63,523 nucleotides of DNA, filler included, from Thraustochytrium aureum (GCA_012862495.1; 5 parts of 3 records of this genome joined end to end with filler, not necessarily neighbours in it), one strand, 5' to 3'; numbered from the whole stretch's first letter, positions 45,599-58,582 are shown. Numbers and translations: made by a program. The notes: a model not told the origin generated them from the letters alone.

Positions 45599-46781
45599 CC
45601 CGCCACCCACCCGACCCGTTCACCCGCTCCCGGCCACAACTCCACAGCACACAACCCAATATCCCGCGATGGACGGCGCCCGAAGGCAGCAACCGCGCCC
45701 GACACCGCCGGCCCAGCCGCACGCACTCGCTCGGGAGCCGTCCTCGCCCGCCCGCCTGCCTCCACGCCCGCCCGCCTGCCCTGCCTCAACGCCCGCCCGC
45801 CTGCCTGCCTGCTGGCCGCGCCCCCGTGTGTTGCGTGTCTGCTCGCCCGCTCACTGCTCTGCTCGCTCGCAGTGTGCTAGCTAGCTCCAGTAGCTACTTC
45901 GCTTTCGCTCGCTCGCCCTCCTTGTGTTTTCGCTCGTTTCCCGCCGCCCCTCCCTCCTGCCGCTCTTGACCGCCTCTCCGCGCGCCCCCTCCCACGCAGC
46001 GCCTCGCTCTTGACCCGCTTTCCGCCTCACTGCGCACAGCGTGCTCCCAAGCGGCGCGCGGTTCTCGCGAGGCGCCGCCCCCGTTTCGCCCTCGAGGTTT
46101 CGCCGAGTGGGGCGAAGGTGTGAGGAGGCGCAGGCGCTGGAACGAGTCGGTTTCGCCGCGTGGGGGCGTTTGTGAGGTGGCCGGCCGATGCAAGTGTGCG
46201 GGTTTCGCCGAGTGGGGCGCCCGGGGAGGCGGGGGGCCGCAGGGGAGGGCGGAGTTCTCCCGAGTGGGGCGCTGGGTGTGCGCTGCGAGCGGAGCCTTTT
46301 CATTCGGTACCAGCTATTCCTCCGAGATCTTTAGGAATCAAGCACTGCGACTGCGGCAGGCGCTGTGGAGCGCAGGCCGTGGGGGGCATTGTGGGGTCAT
46401 TGGGGCAAATTATAGCGCTGCACCGGGGGATATTTGCGGTGGCCGGGGACATGCGGTTTTGTTGCCGCGTGAGCAGGGCCGGCGCTTCGGCGGTGGACGG
46501 GCCACCAGGGCCGCGGCGCTAGCTGTTGCAGGGCGCGAAGGAGCGCCTTGCGCGGGCCCCGGGGCTTTCCCCGGGGCTGCGCCTGCTTGCTGCTGCTACG
46601 CGCCCCAGAGCCCCCGGCGATGTCCCGTGGCGCGTGGCACANNNNNNNNNNNNNNNNNNNNNNNNNNNNNNNNNNNNNNNNNNNNNNNNNNNNNNNNNNN
46701 NNNNNNNNNNNNNNNNNNNNNNNNNNNNNNNNNNNNNNNNNNNNNNNNNNNNNNNNNNNNNNNNNNNNNNNNNNNNNNNNN

Positions 46782-49700
46782 ACTCGGTTGGCGTGGGTGG
46801 CGCAAAGTGCGCCAACCCGCCGACCGAGCGCATCTCGCCGCGGTCCATCACGACGACGCTCCACTCGAGGTGCGGCCGGGACTGCTTGATATCGAGAGAC
46901 TCGAGCCAAATCTTGCGGAAGCGCGCAACTGCCGGCAGCGCGTAGGCGCGCAAGTTGGAGGGCCAGCTCGACTGCCCCAACGCGCTGAGCCCCTTGGCGA
47001 CGCGCAGCCGGACTGCCGCCTCGCGCGCCTTGCGGGCCTCCGCCTCGTCGCCGCGCCCAGGAGCCGGTGCGACGTCATCCGAGGCGTCCGCGATCCGCGC
47101 AGCCTCCTCAGCCGTCACCGTCGAGCTGCTGATCAACGAAATCAACGAGTCCACGTTCTCGATCGACTTGAACTGCGACGAGATCTCCCCCAAGCACCTG
47201 TGCGGTCGGCAGCCCGATGGGCCTTCTCCGCGAGCTTGCGCCTGATCCAGCCGCCCTCGCTGTCGCTCTCGGTCTTCTCCTTTTGCCGTCGCTGCATTTC
47301 CTCCTCCCGCTCCACGTCCAGCTCGAACTGCTTGTAGAGCGCCTTGGCCACCAAGAACGCGTCCTGGACGTGCTCCAGCGGCACGTCCGTGCCCTCGCGC
47401 GACCCCTTGGACTCCGTCGGCTGCGCCCACAACGTGTCCCACACGACCGCCTCTGTGGAGGCGAGGGCAACCCGCACCGCCTCGTGCAGCAGCTCACGCC
47501 GCCTCGTCTTCTCGCCCCTGCAGAGCCGAAACGCGAGCAGCGTCTGGAAAAAGTAGCGCACGTCCTCTTGCCAGTGGTAAAACAGCCGCAAGAACAAGCA
47601 CGGGCCGTCCCCTGCGTCCGGCGCGCCCGCGCCAATGCTCGCACTTGACGCAGGCCCTCCCGCGCCTTGCCCGCCAGCGCCTTGCCCTCCCGCGCCTTGC
47701 CCGCCAGCGCCGCTCGAGAAGCTGCTCGCGCTCGCGCCGCTCGCAGACGGATTATTCCAACTGGCCGTGCTGCTCGCCGTGCTGCTCGCCGTTGACCCCT
47801 GGCGCTTCATGCTGCGGTCGGATTGCCCTGGCGGGGTCGAAAACACCGACGTCGACGTCCCCTCCGCGAGGAACATGGCGCGGAGCTGGTCCTGGAAGCT
47901 CGCGGGAAAGGCCGACCAGTGGTTGTACAAGAGCTCGAGCGTCTTGAGGATCACCTGAAAGTGGTCCACGTGCAGCAGGACCCACACCATGTGCGCGAGC
48001 AAGGCGAACTCAAAGCTCGCCGGGAGCACGGGCGGCGTATCCGCATAAATGTGCGAAAACCAGTTGCACTTGCTCCTGTCGTTGTTCTCGGTGATCCCCA
48101 TCAGCTCCACCGCCGCAGACTGGCCCGCCTCGCGGCCAGCTTTCGCCTTCTTGTAGTTGCGCCGCACCACGTCAAGGTGCGGAAAGTAGACGCTCACCGA
48201 ATCAAAGTCCCAGGCCGTCACAAACGGCTCGATCGCAACCATCCCGGGCCCCGTCACCGTGTGCCCCAAAAACGGCGGGGCGGTGCGCGACGCGCTCTGG
48301 TTCGCCAACGAGCCCGAGGCACGCATTTGCGCCATCGGCGCCGGCGGCGGGTCCGCCGAAACAACAGAGTCTAGCGAGTCCTGCGTCGGGGCCGACTGGT
48401 GCAGAAACTCTTCGCGCGCCTTCTCGAGCCGCTCGCGCTCGCGCTCGTCGCGCGAGTTCTTCGAGGCCTCCATCGTCGAGAAAAAGTACGACTGTGCCTC
48501 CTGGAGCACTGTGTCAGCCTCTGCCGCGGTCAGCGGCCCTTTGGCGCGAAACACCTTGGCAGCGACGAACCGGCCGGGCCACCCGTGCAGCGTGGTCGCC
48601 CACGCCGACAGCAAGTCCAGGCTCGCCGTGACGCTGTCCAGGTCGTACACGTTGGTCTTGCGGATCACGACGCTTGCAAACGGGCCAATCAAGTTGGCGT
48701 CCACCAGGAAGAGCATCGCTAGCGTGCGCAGGCTCTCGGGGAGCTCCTTCAAGTCGCGCCGCCGCAGCTCGAGCAGAAAGGCCTTGAGGAGCTCGCGGTA
48801 CCCGGGCAGCCGATGCCACTTGATCCCGCTCTGGAAGCTCCGCCCCTCAAAGTTCTCCGACGACGAGGTGGCCAGCTGCCCGATCGTGGACAGCACGTAC
48901 ACAATCCACTTGCGCGAAAACAGGAAGAAAAAGTGCCCGTGCTTTTGCACCCGCCGAAGCCACATCGGCGCCTGAAACAAACCGTTCTTCTTCGTCCCCA
49001 TCGGCAGCAAGGNNNNNNNNNNNNNNNNNNNNNNNNNNNNNNNNNNNNNNNNNNNNNNNNNNNNNNNNNNNNNNNNNNNNNNNNNNNNNNNNNNNNNNNN
49101 NNNNNNNNNNNNNNNNNNNNNNNNNNNNNNNNNNNNNNNNNNNNNNNNNNNNNNNNNNNNNNNNNNNNNNNNNNNNNNNNNNNNNNNNNNNNNNNNNNNN
49201 NNNNNNNNNNNNNNNNNNNNNNNNNNNNNNNNNNNNNNNNNNNNNNNNNNNNNNNNNNNNNNNNNNNNNNNNNNNNNNNNNNNNNNNNNNNNNNNNNNNN
49301 NNNNNNNNNNNNNNNNNNNNNNTCTTCGTCCCCATCGGCAGCAAGGCCTCCTGCTTTTCCAGTTCTGTGCGCCCAAACACGGTCTCCAGCGAGCGGTGGA
49401 ATCCACGCCAGCTCAGCACGCCCTCGTTGTCGCTGTTCCCCACGAAGCGTCGCCGCAACGACGAGTTTAGCGGCGACTCAACCGAGGTGCCGCTGCTGCC
49501 TTGCGCCGCCCCGCCCGGTGCGCCAGGCGAACCGTTTCCCCTCCTAACGCCCTCAGCGTGCGCTGCTGCTGAGGCCCCGGTTGGAGAAGTGCGGGGCGAG
49601 GCCGCCGGGGACCCAAACATGGACGAGCTCCCGCGGCGCGACTGAGGATCGAGCGAAAACCAGTTCGGGTTCCATTCGGGGTTGTCAAAGCGCTTTTGGC

Positions 49701-52176
49701 CCGGCCGAAGCACCGCAGCGAGCGCCTTGGAGCGCGCCCACTCCTTGATCGATGTCTCGTCCTCCGGCAAGACCGCCCGGTACACCAACGTTCCAAATGA
49801 GGGGAGCCGGAAGCACATTACGGCCACCATACGCCCGCAGAAATTCCGCAGTTCCGCAAAGCTGCCTTTCAGACTGAGCTTCTTGAGCACCCAGGCCAGA
49901 GTGCGGTAGCACATGTTTCTGTAACTCAGCGCGAACCGGGCCTCTTCCGAGTCCTTTGCCTTGGCTGCTTCCTCCGTGGTCATCGCTGGAGGGAGGATCT
50001 CCATGATCATAAACTCGCTCATTTCGCCGCGCATCAACAAGGCGGTCAAGACTTCGAAAAAGTGGATCCGGATCGTGAACAAAACCGCGTCAAGCCACTC
50101 GACAAGCAGCTCCCACAATCCGAGCATAAGATACTGCATCCGCAACAGCTCCGCCCTCGTGTTGTACACGAACACTGTCATGCTCTCCTTCTCCGAGACG
50201 TGGAGCGCGTGCAGGAGTTCGGCGCAGACAGTCACAAACTCTCGGTGCGCGACGTTCTGCTCCTCACGAGTGCGCGCCCCAAGCTTGCCGTGCGGCGTGC
50301 TCTTCAGCTGCTGCTCAAGCCTCTGGACGGCCCTCTGCAACTTGCGGGCCTCATCCGAGGCAAACTGCTGCTCCCCCCCGCGCAGCAGTCGCTGGATGAG
50401 GTTCGGGCGACCCGTATTGAGAATGACAGGCGAGACCAGAGAAACCCCCTCCTCTGTCAGGACTCCGTGGCCGAGCTGCATCGACCCTGGGAGCCGCTCG
50501 AAGCAGATCGTGGCGCGGAGCACGCCGACGCGACGCCCATACACGCGCAGCTCCTTCTCAAGCTCCACCGACGCAGGGTGGGACTGGCGATTGCGCTCCA
50601 TCGCCTCAATCAGGAGACTCGGGCCAGCGCCCTTGTTGTCGGCCGCAACACCGCCCCCACTGTCCAGGAGCGGGTGGGAATCAAAGCACAGGCACAGGCC
50701 GTCAGTGCCGTTCACGCCATCATTTTGTGCGCGCTCAAAGAGCTGCTCCACAGGCACCCAACACTCGCCTAGAAGCGTTCCGAGGGTGCTCAGGTTGAGC
50801 AGCGACGAGGCCGCTCGAAGTCCCGAACGCGTCTCGTCTGGACCTGGCGGGCCGGCGCTCGGCGCGCGCGCGCGCAGGTCGTCCTCCCGGAACTCGAGCA
50901 GCTCGAACGACATGGTGGCCGACAAGAAGGACCTAAACCGGTCCTCTGATCCCTCCTCCACGGGCTCGAGCTCGGCGGCCGACCACTCCGCCTTGAACGT
51001 GCGGCCCAGAGCGTCCATCTTCGGAAACACGGCAGAGCGCGACGAAAACTCGACGGGCTCCTCGCGGTCCGGCTTGTGCAGCCGATAGTCGAGGGTGAAG
51101 CGCCGCGTGCGGTCCTCCATCAACTCGGTGGCCTTCATAGACTTGATCACGCTGGCGTTCTCCAGCTGGAGCAACGAGCTCGGCAGCCCCACGTCGGGCT
51201 CTTGAAGCGGCCCGATTTCCCCTCCAACCTTGCCGCCGGCAGCCTCGCCTCCGCCGGCGGTCGAGTCGGCAGCGCCGTCTTCAGCAGCCCGCGCACAGGC
51301 AGCCGCCTCCGGGTCGCTGTACTCGACCCGAACTTTGGAGAGGTGGAGGTTCCACCGCGCAAACTGCGTGATGCGGCAATTGTACGAGAGCCGTGCCACC
51401 TCGCCGCTGCTCTTTGTGGGCGTCTTGAGGGCAAACACGTGGTGGAGTGGGCCGGACATGACTGTGTCGAGATCGATCGAGATAGAGCCGATCTCAAAGT
51501 GTTCGTTCTCGCGCAGGTGGTGCCTTCGGATGCCATGGCAAACGATCACAAGGAGTTTGTCGTCGGTCGCCATATCGTTGCGGTCCGTGGAGGAGGCTCG
51601 TTCCATACGGTTTACAACCGTGTCTTTGAGGGATCGGATCGAGTCGCTGTACTCGAGGCCCTCGTACCTGCAGTAATCAAAGTGCAGCACATCGTCCCAC
51701 TTGCAGCCGCCGCGCGAAGACCCCGCTGCGCACGCCACGGTTGTCTTGGACTCGCCTGCCCACGTGAACGTGACGTAATATTTGCAGTGGCTCTGCTGGA
51801 ACAACGTTCCTCGGCCTTTGACGTGCGAGAAGAATATCTCAAACCGAGCCCGCGAGCGCCCATGGTCCGACTTGGCCGCCTCGTCGTCCGAGGACTCATC
51901 CGCGGCGTCCTCGCCCACATAAAAGTTGATGTCGCTGCTCAAGTCGCTCGGTCGTGATTCGCAGGACCCGGCAGCCGCCGAAGCATCCTTCTTGCCCTTC
52001 TTCTCCGCCTCGTCGGTCTCGCCTCCCTTTTTCCCGGGCCCCACGGCCCGCTCGAGCTCCTGCACGTTGCGCAATTCGTTCGCGGGCTGTCCTGCAGGGC
52101 CTGGCGGTGCTCTGAACGCGGCCGGCGTCGCGCCTGGCGCCTGCTCGGGCAAGGGCTTGGAGCACGTGCAGCCCAT
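46782..52176 (-). CDS. Large protein: N-terminal MGCxCS acylation motif, C2-like domain(s), C-terminal DUF1765/Ahk1-like helical domain; 3' end in gap
   Basis: MGCTCSK start. C2-like YYVTFTW...KTT...CKWDDVLHF...IGSISIDL and LLGECWVPVEQL. Helical domain IKWHRLPGY, RKTNVYD, HFQVILKTLELLYNHW, FLRLFYHWQEDVRYFFQTLL. False gap at 49013-49322; frameshift ~47200. Confidence 0.6.
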
Positions 52177-53232
52177 CTCGTCGCACGCAGCGCCCGCGGG
52201 GTCCTCGCCCGGCGCGGCGAGCAGCCACTCACGCGCCCCGCAGCCCAGGCAAGCACGACGCCGAGCGCGGCGGGCCNNNNNNNNNNNNNNNNNNNNNNNN
52301 NNNNNNNNNNNNNNNNNNNNNNNNNNNNNNNNNNNNNNNNNNNNNNNNNNNNNNNNNNNNNNNNNNNNNNNNNNNNNNNNNNNNNNNNNNNNNNNNNNNN
52401 NNNNNNNNNNNNNNNNNNNNNNNNNNNNNNNNNNNNNNNNNNNNNNNNNNNNNNNNNNNNNNNNNNNNNNNNNNNNNNNNNNNNNNNNNNNNNNNNNNNN
52501 NNNNNNNNNNNNNNNNNNNNNNNNNNNNNNNNNNNNNNNNNNNNNNNNNNNNNNNNNNNNNNNNNNACGCCCCGGCGCGCGCGTGTGAGGGGAGGCAGCT
52601 GGCGTCTGCCTGCCTCCCGCCTCCTGGGGCCGTTGCGCTCGGCGCCGAGCCCAACAGCGCACGCGTTGCAAGCGCGCGGGCATCGCGGTTTTCAGGCGCG
52701 CGTCGCGGCGACTCCGACGGCCGTTGGCCGCCGCAAGCCCAAAGCGCGCGACGCGTAGGGCTCGCCGCGAGCGCAAGCTGGCGCGCATGCGGTGTCGATT
52801 CGTCTGCCGGGTGCGGTCCTGCGGCTTTCGTGGGGCTGCTGGCTGGTGGGCCGAGCCATCTTGCGTGCCTATCTTTGCCAGATCGCCGTCCTCGCCTGCT
52901 CCTCGCGCAGGCGTATCCGAGCGGCCATTGACGGGCGCACAAGCACGCGCGCGCGCTCTTTAGCCATGCGATACCCCATCAGGAGCCACGCGAGAGCCTC
53001 GCAGGCCCGCCGCACAGCACGGCATAGTCCCGGCGGTCCGGCCCGCTCCAGGGCTTGGCAGAGCCCCAAAGCCGCGGCCCAGGCGACCAGAGCCGCGCAA
53101 GCACGGCATTGCTCTTCCGGCCAGCCAGAGCTCGCTGCTCGACCGGTGGAGCGCGACGGCGCAGCGAGCGGCTTCGGCGTGGCGCCGCCAAGGTGAGCGA
53201 GCCGGCATTGTTCACGAACGAGCGTCCTGGTC

Positions 53233-54567
53233 ATGTCGAGCATGCACCCAACACCTGCGCACACAGGCATGCATCGAGCAGCGGCAGCGGCAGCAGCAGC
53301 AGCAGCGGCAGACGCAGGGGCGCCAGTCAGCGGAGTAGGACCGTGCGGGTGCTGGCGACTGCCGTTTGCGTCGCGCGCTGCGGAGCGGGCCGACGAGGGG
53401 TTTTGGGATCATTTTCTGGAAATGGCGGACTCAGCTGCGATGCTCTGCAGCCTCGCGCAGGCGCCGCTGCTGGCGCTAGCGGGTGCGGACGCCGTCGATG
53501 CGAGGCTGGCAGTGTTCTCTGGGGCTGCGACGCTCGTGCTGGCTGTGGCCTCCGCGAGGCGGACCAAAAGGAAGGGCGGCGCTGTCAGGGCGGCGGTTCT
53601 GGCCAGTCCGGCCGACTTTGTCAAGCCGTCGAATGACGGGCGCGAGAGGTCGCGCGTGATGAGCGATGATTCGGGGGCCGAGTCCCTCGGCACGCTGAAT
53701 GATTCTCTCCCCTCGCTTAACGAGTCGTTCGAGAGCACCGTGGCGGACGCCGAGCTGGCCGAGGCCTACGAGCGCCTGCGCCGCGAAGCTGAAGCTGAGA
53801 TTGCTGCGCTCTCAGAGCGCTTCGAGGCGGACAAGGCTCGCCTCGAAGCACAAACCTCGTCCCTCCGCGCGCGCCTCGAGCGGTTGGAAGGCGTGGAGCA
53901 GCGCCTAGCTATGGCCGAAGCCAAGCTCTCAGATTCCATTCGAGCAAACCAAGTGCTGCGCGGCGACATCGAGCGCTCGCGCCGGCATGCGGCAGAGCTA
54001 GAAAAGCAGTTGTTGGAGCGCCGGCTTGACGACGGACCCTCCCAGTTGGCGCTTGACCAGGCCGAAGCCAGTTTTGCTTCGGCGATCGCAGAGGCCGGCG
54101 CTCGGGAGGCGGTCCTTCGCGCTGAGCTGCATGGTCTGAGCGCCAAGTACGACGCGCTCGTCGACGAGTACCACGAAAAGCTGGACCGAGTCAAGGAGCT
54201 GGAAAGCGGCAAGGCGGAGTCAGGCACGCCGGCGCCGGCCGCTGCTTCCGCAAGTGGAGAAAGCACGCCCCTATTGTTGGCCACCGACCTCGAACGCCAG
54301 CAAAAGGGCAACGCCGACTTGGCCACGGAAAAGCCCTGCCTCGTCGCAAGCGCAAGCAGCGCTGCTGACCGTGCTTCTCGAACTGCAGCCTCAGCCCCTT
54401 CAGGTTCAGCTGCGACATGCTCCGCTTCGGCGCCGCAAAAGCCAAGTGCCGAGAGCAAGGTGCGCAGGTCGCGCAAACATGACGACGAGGCTCGCATTGA
54501 CGAGCGCATTACGCGCCTGGAAGCAACGGCCATCGCTGGCTTGGTCGCCAGCATCTTTTTATGGTGA
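53233..54567 (+). CDS. Uncharacterised coiled-coil protein with N-proximal and C-terminal hydrophobic segments
   Basis: Intact 444-aa ORF with GC-rich codon usage; long heptad region (AEAYERLRREAEAEIAAL...); hydrophobic AVFSGAATLVLAVA and terminal AIAGLVASIFLW. Start codon uncertain. Confidence 0.6.
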   Translation: MSSMHPTPAHTGMHRAAAAAAAAAAADAGAPVSGVGPCGCWRLPFASRAAERADEGFWDHFLEMADSAAMLCSLAQAPLLALAGADAVDARLAVFSGAATLVLAVASARRTKRKGGAVRAAVLASPADFVKPSNDGRERSRVMSDDSGAESLGTLNDSLPSLNESFESTVADAELAEAYERLRREAEAEIAALSERFEADKARLEAQTSSLRARLERLEGVEQRLAMAEAKLSDSIRANQVLRGDIERSRRHAAELEKQLLERRLDDGPSQLALDQAEASFASAIAEAGAREAVLRAELHGLSAKYDALVDEYHEKLDRVKELESGKAESGTPAPAAASASGESTPLLLATDLERQQKGNADLATEKPCLVASASSAADRASRTAASAPSGSAATCSASAPQKPSAESKVRRSRKHDDEARIDERITRLEATAIAGLVASIFLW

Positions 54568-54898
54568 ACCCCCGGCCAACGTCCGTCAGTCCAGCTCGCT
54601 TGGAGTTNNNNNNNNNNNNNNNNNNNNNNNNNNNNNNNNNNNNNNNNNNNNNNNNNNNNNNNNNNNNNNNNNNNNNNNNNNNNNNNNNNNNNNNNNNNNN
54701 NNNNNNNNNNNNNNNNNNNNNNNNNNNNNNNNNNNNNNNNNNNNNNNNNNNNNNNNNNNNNNNNNNNNNNNNNNNNNNNNNNNNNNNNNNNNNNNNNNNN
54801 NNNNNNNNNNNNNNNNNNNNNNNNNNNNNNNNNNNNNNNNNNNNNNNNNNNNNNNNNNNNNNNNNNNNNNNNNNNNNNNNNNNNNNNNNNNNNNNNNN

Positions 54899-57106
54899 CC
54901 GCTCGTTCAAAACGTTGCCTCTTCCTCTTCTTCGTCCATGGCTCCCCAAAGTCGGAGCCTGACTCTGCGCTGCCGCCATCATGGTGGCGCTTGGCAGGAG
55001 CCGCGCCAACGGACTCGTCGTCGCTCTCGATCACCAACGCAGAACGCTTACGCGGGCCCTTGACGGCGTCGAGCTCCGCTTCAAACTCCTCCTCGTCACT
55101 GCAGCCTCCTGGAACCCCGTCTGCAGCACCGAGGCTGCACGCACGTGATAGGGATTGCTCAATGTCAGCGTCGTCGTCCTCCGCCCCGTCCAGGTCGTCG
55201 TCGCAGAACGGCAGCACCTCGTTCTTGCGAGTGCACCCAGGTGACAACCCCATCACCGACGCCCTCGGTGGCTGCGCGCATAGGTGCATCAGGGATACTC
55301 GCTGGCCCCGTGTAGGCGCGCCAAACTTTGCTTGGGCCAAGCTGAGAGGCCACCTTGGCCCCATTCGCGCGCGCGCCCGAGTTCTCGTCGCCACCTCCCG
55401 ACTCGCCCTCGTCATCGCTGTCCTCAAGCTCGCTCTTCCCGGGGCAGGAGGCTTGCTGCATCAGATCAAACGTGTCGCACTTTGTGTGCTCGTGGTACTC
55501 GAAAAGCTGCTTGAGTTCGGCTTTGGAGAAGCTGCCGAGCTGGACCGAGTCGCCGCGCTTGGGCTTCGGGCCTGAGGCGCTTCCCACGACGCCCTGACCA
55601 GAGGTAATTTTCATCTGCTGGCGCTGGAAGATGCGCTCCTCGATGGTTCCAGTGGCGATGAAGCGATAGATAAAAACGGGCTTGGCCTGGCCGTCGCGCC
55701 AGATCCGTGCGGCGGCCTGCTGGTCTGTAGCCGGGTTCCAGTCCAAGTCCAAAAGAACAAGTCTGTTGGCCCCGATCAGGTTCAGCCCGCAGCCGCCTGC
55801 TTTGGCGCTGAGCAGGAAGGCGAACGGCTGGCAGTCGGCGCGCACCGAGAACGGCGCATTGAACCGGTCCACGAGGCGCTGCCTGTCCGCGGCGTTGGTC
55901 GACCCGTCAAGCCGCAAGAAAGCGATACTGCCGCGCGTCACACAGCCGCTCCACCATGTCGAGCGTCTTTGTGGAATTGGACACGAGCACGACCCTGTCC
56001 TCGGCGCTTGCGGCGCGAACCTGGGCCAGCATCGCGTCGAGGAGGAAGAGCTTGGCCGTCGCGTTGTGCGAAAGGTCCAGCGGGGGCGAAGGGTTCTTAG
56101 CGCTCTTGGAGGACTTGCTCGGCTTGCTCGGCTTGTTCGGCGCACCAGGCTTGGCGACAACCGCACCGGCGTCGTCGCTCGCTTCACTGTCTGGGATCGC
56201 AAGGAGCTCGGCGTGCGTACAAAGCTGGCGCAAGTGATGGATGAGGCGCAGCGCTTCGGTGCCCCCGCTTGGCTGGCTTGTGTACGATGCGGTGAGGGCC
56301 TCGGCCACCTTGGCTTTGTAGAGCTCGACTTGGCGCTGCCCGAGGCGGACGAAAACGTTGATGTCGGTTCTCGGCGGCAAAAACCTTTCGTTGACCTCGG
56401 CTGTGCGGCGCAGGATAAACTCGCGCGTGAGAGCCTGGAGCTCTTTGGCGCGAGCGTCGGCGAGCTGCTGCTCGTCTGGGGTGGCTGTTTTGTCCGTACC
56501 GCGCTCAATTGGCGTTTGGAAAATGCGCTGGAAGGAGCGCACGTCCGAGCCGAGCGCACCAGGGTTGACAAAGTCGACCATTGCGTAAAACTCGTTGAGT
56601 TCGTTCTGCACCGGCGTTCCGGTGAGAAGCACGCGTCGCCGCGTTTGGCAGGCGCGTAGGGCTTTGATGGTCTGGTTGCCTGTTGAGGACTTGAGGCGGT
56701 GGCCCTCGTCGCACACGACGAGGTCGAGTCGGCGCACGCTGTTGAGCAGCTTGGCGTACTTGCGGAACATCTCGTAGCTGATAATGAGCACGCGCTTTAC
56801 CTTGGAGGTGGAGAACTCCTCGATGGTGTGCTTTGCTTGCTCGCCGCCCCCCGACACGACAAGCGGCTGGATGCGCTCCATGCCGAGCCACTTGCGGAAC
56901 TCGTTGGCCCAGTTGCCCACGAGCGAGCTGGGGGTCACCACGGCGCACTTGAAGCACCAGGGGTTGGCTGCGCCAAACGGCCCTTGCTCTAGCGGGGGTC
57001 TGGTTAGCGCCTCGCGCAGCCCAAGCGCGGCATCGAGTCTACTTACTGAGCACAGTCCAAATGAGCGTGATCGTCTGCAGCGTCTTGCCAAGCCCCATTT
57101 CGTCCG
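54899..57106 (-). CDS. RAD54: RAD54-family SNF2 DNA translocase (RAD54/RAD54B-like); both ends incomplete
   Basis: DEMGLGKTLQ (exon 57047-57106, intron 56989-57046), LKQGP, TPSSLVGNWANEFRKWLG, VCDEGHRLK, LTGTPVQNELNEF, FILRRT, RLDGST, LLSAKAGGCGLNLIGANRL..D.DWNPATDQQAAARIWRDGQ, TGTIEERIFQRQ. Frameshifts ~55930 and ~55230. Confidence 0.9.
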
Positions 57107-57265
57107 CTGGCGGAACGAGAGGCGACAAAGCGGGTTGCGAGGAGCGCAAGAAGGTCGCGCCAGGTCAGCGCACTCTAGCCCACTTTGCGAATCCCAGCGA
57201 GCGAAACCCGACGCCCCCACCNNNNNNNNNNNNNNNNNNNNNNNNNNNNNNNNNNNNNNNNNNNN

Positions 57266-57277
57266 TTAATTAATTAA
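57266..57277. other. Artificial scaffold-joining spacer TTAATTAATTAA
   Basis: Same 12-mer inside N flanks. Confidence 0.95.
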
Positions 57278-58582
57278 NNNNNNNNNNNNNNNNNNNNNNN
57301 NNNNNNNNNNNNNNNNNNNNNCATCCCGGTGACGCAGTACATCGACGCCGCGGTGGAAGAGGACGGCTCGCTCACCTGGAGGCGACGTGAGCGCAAGCGG
57401 GCCGTTTTCATACAATTGAATTCTCAATCAAAAACACAGCATCACATTTTTATCTAACCTTTGGCCCCATGGGGCTGGCCTGGGCCCTCTCCAGCAAGAC
57501 GTCCCTGTCGGTGCTGCCTGACCTAGGTTGGGCAGGGTTGTTTCTTTCACCTTTTCTTTCACTTTGCTCTTGAGGTCGCACCTCCCGTCTATTAGCGTCG
57601 CGTAGAGTAACAACCCACCCAAATGGAGTACATCAGATTTCAAAAAATGGGTGATCGAGTCGTGTTCGGCAAATGGGTTTTCCCGTCCAGATGGGGCTGG
57701 TGCGAAATCACATAAACTCCGATATGGATCCGTGACAGCGCTCTTGATCGATCTCGAGATCGACGATGAATATGTCACTAATGACGAAGATGGCGTGGAA
57801 AACATGGACGGAGAGGTCGAAGAGGGCAGAAGGAGGTCGTCATGGATGTTTTCTTTGGAAGCGATTCTACGTTGCGCGTGATGCAAGACATGGCTTTACA
57901 TCGACTCTGTCGGCAATGCGTCTCAAAGGCGCAAAACTCGTAGTTCGTGATGGCCGTGCTCGCAGTAGGACACCGACCCAACTAGCTCTAGCGAGGAGCA
58001 TACAGCAAGCTCTACTAGAGTGCCACATTGAGGGAATTGAAACATCAACCGGCTAGCAGCAATCGAGTAGAGCGCGATCACCACCGCGACAACTCCAACC
58101 GGATAGCCGCAAACGAGTAAGGCGCAGCCAGTCTCCGCGCTGCACCAATTCGATGCAGCTAAGCTCAGCCGTTTCATCACACTCCCGTTCCAAGGCGCGG
58201 CGCGCACGGCGTTCTGCCATAGCCCGCATGCCTCCCAAAGCAACTCGACCGATCATCAGACTCTCTTCTTTCAGTTTGTCCGCCGCGTGACTTGCAATGC
58301 CGGCGGCCCCACACATCGACGTGAGGACGGTAGGTAGAGTACGCATCAGTGCGAGTACTCTTCGTGTTTCGAAGTACTTCAGTAGTAGGACTCGCGCAGG
58401 CGCCTTCGAGAGCACTGATCAATCCATTCTTGCTTTCCCACTTCTTCTCTACTTGTAAACCTTCGCGGGCCAGAAACGTGTACTCTGGGTACTAGTACTC
58501 CTCAGTAGGTAAGAGACCAGAATCCGTTGGCCCACCTTNNNNNNNNNNNNNNNNNNNNNNNNNNNNNNNNNNNNNNNNNNNN

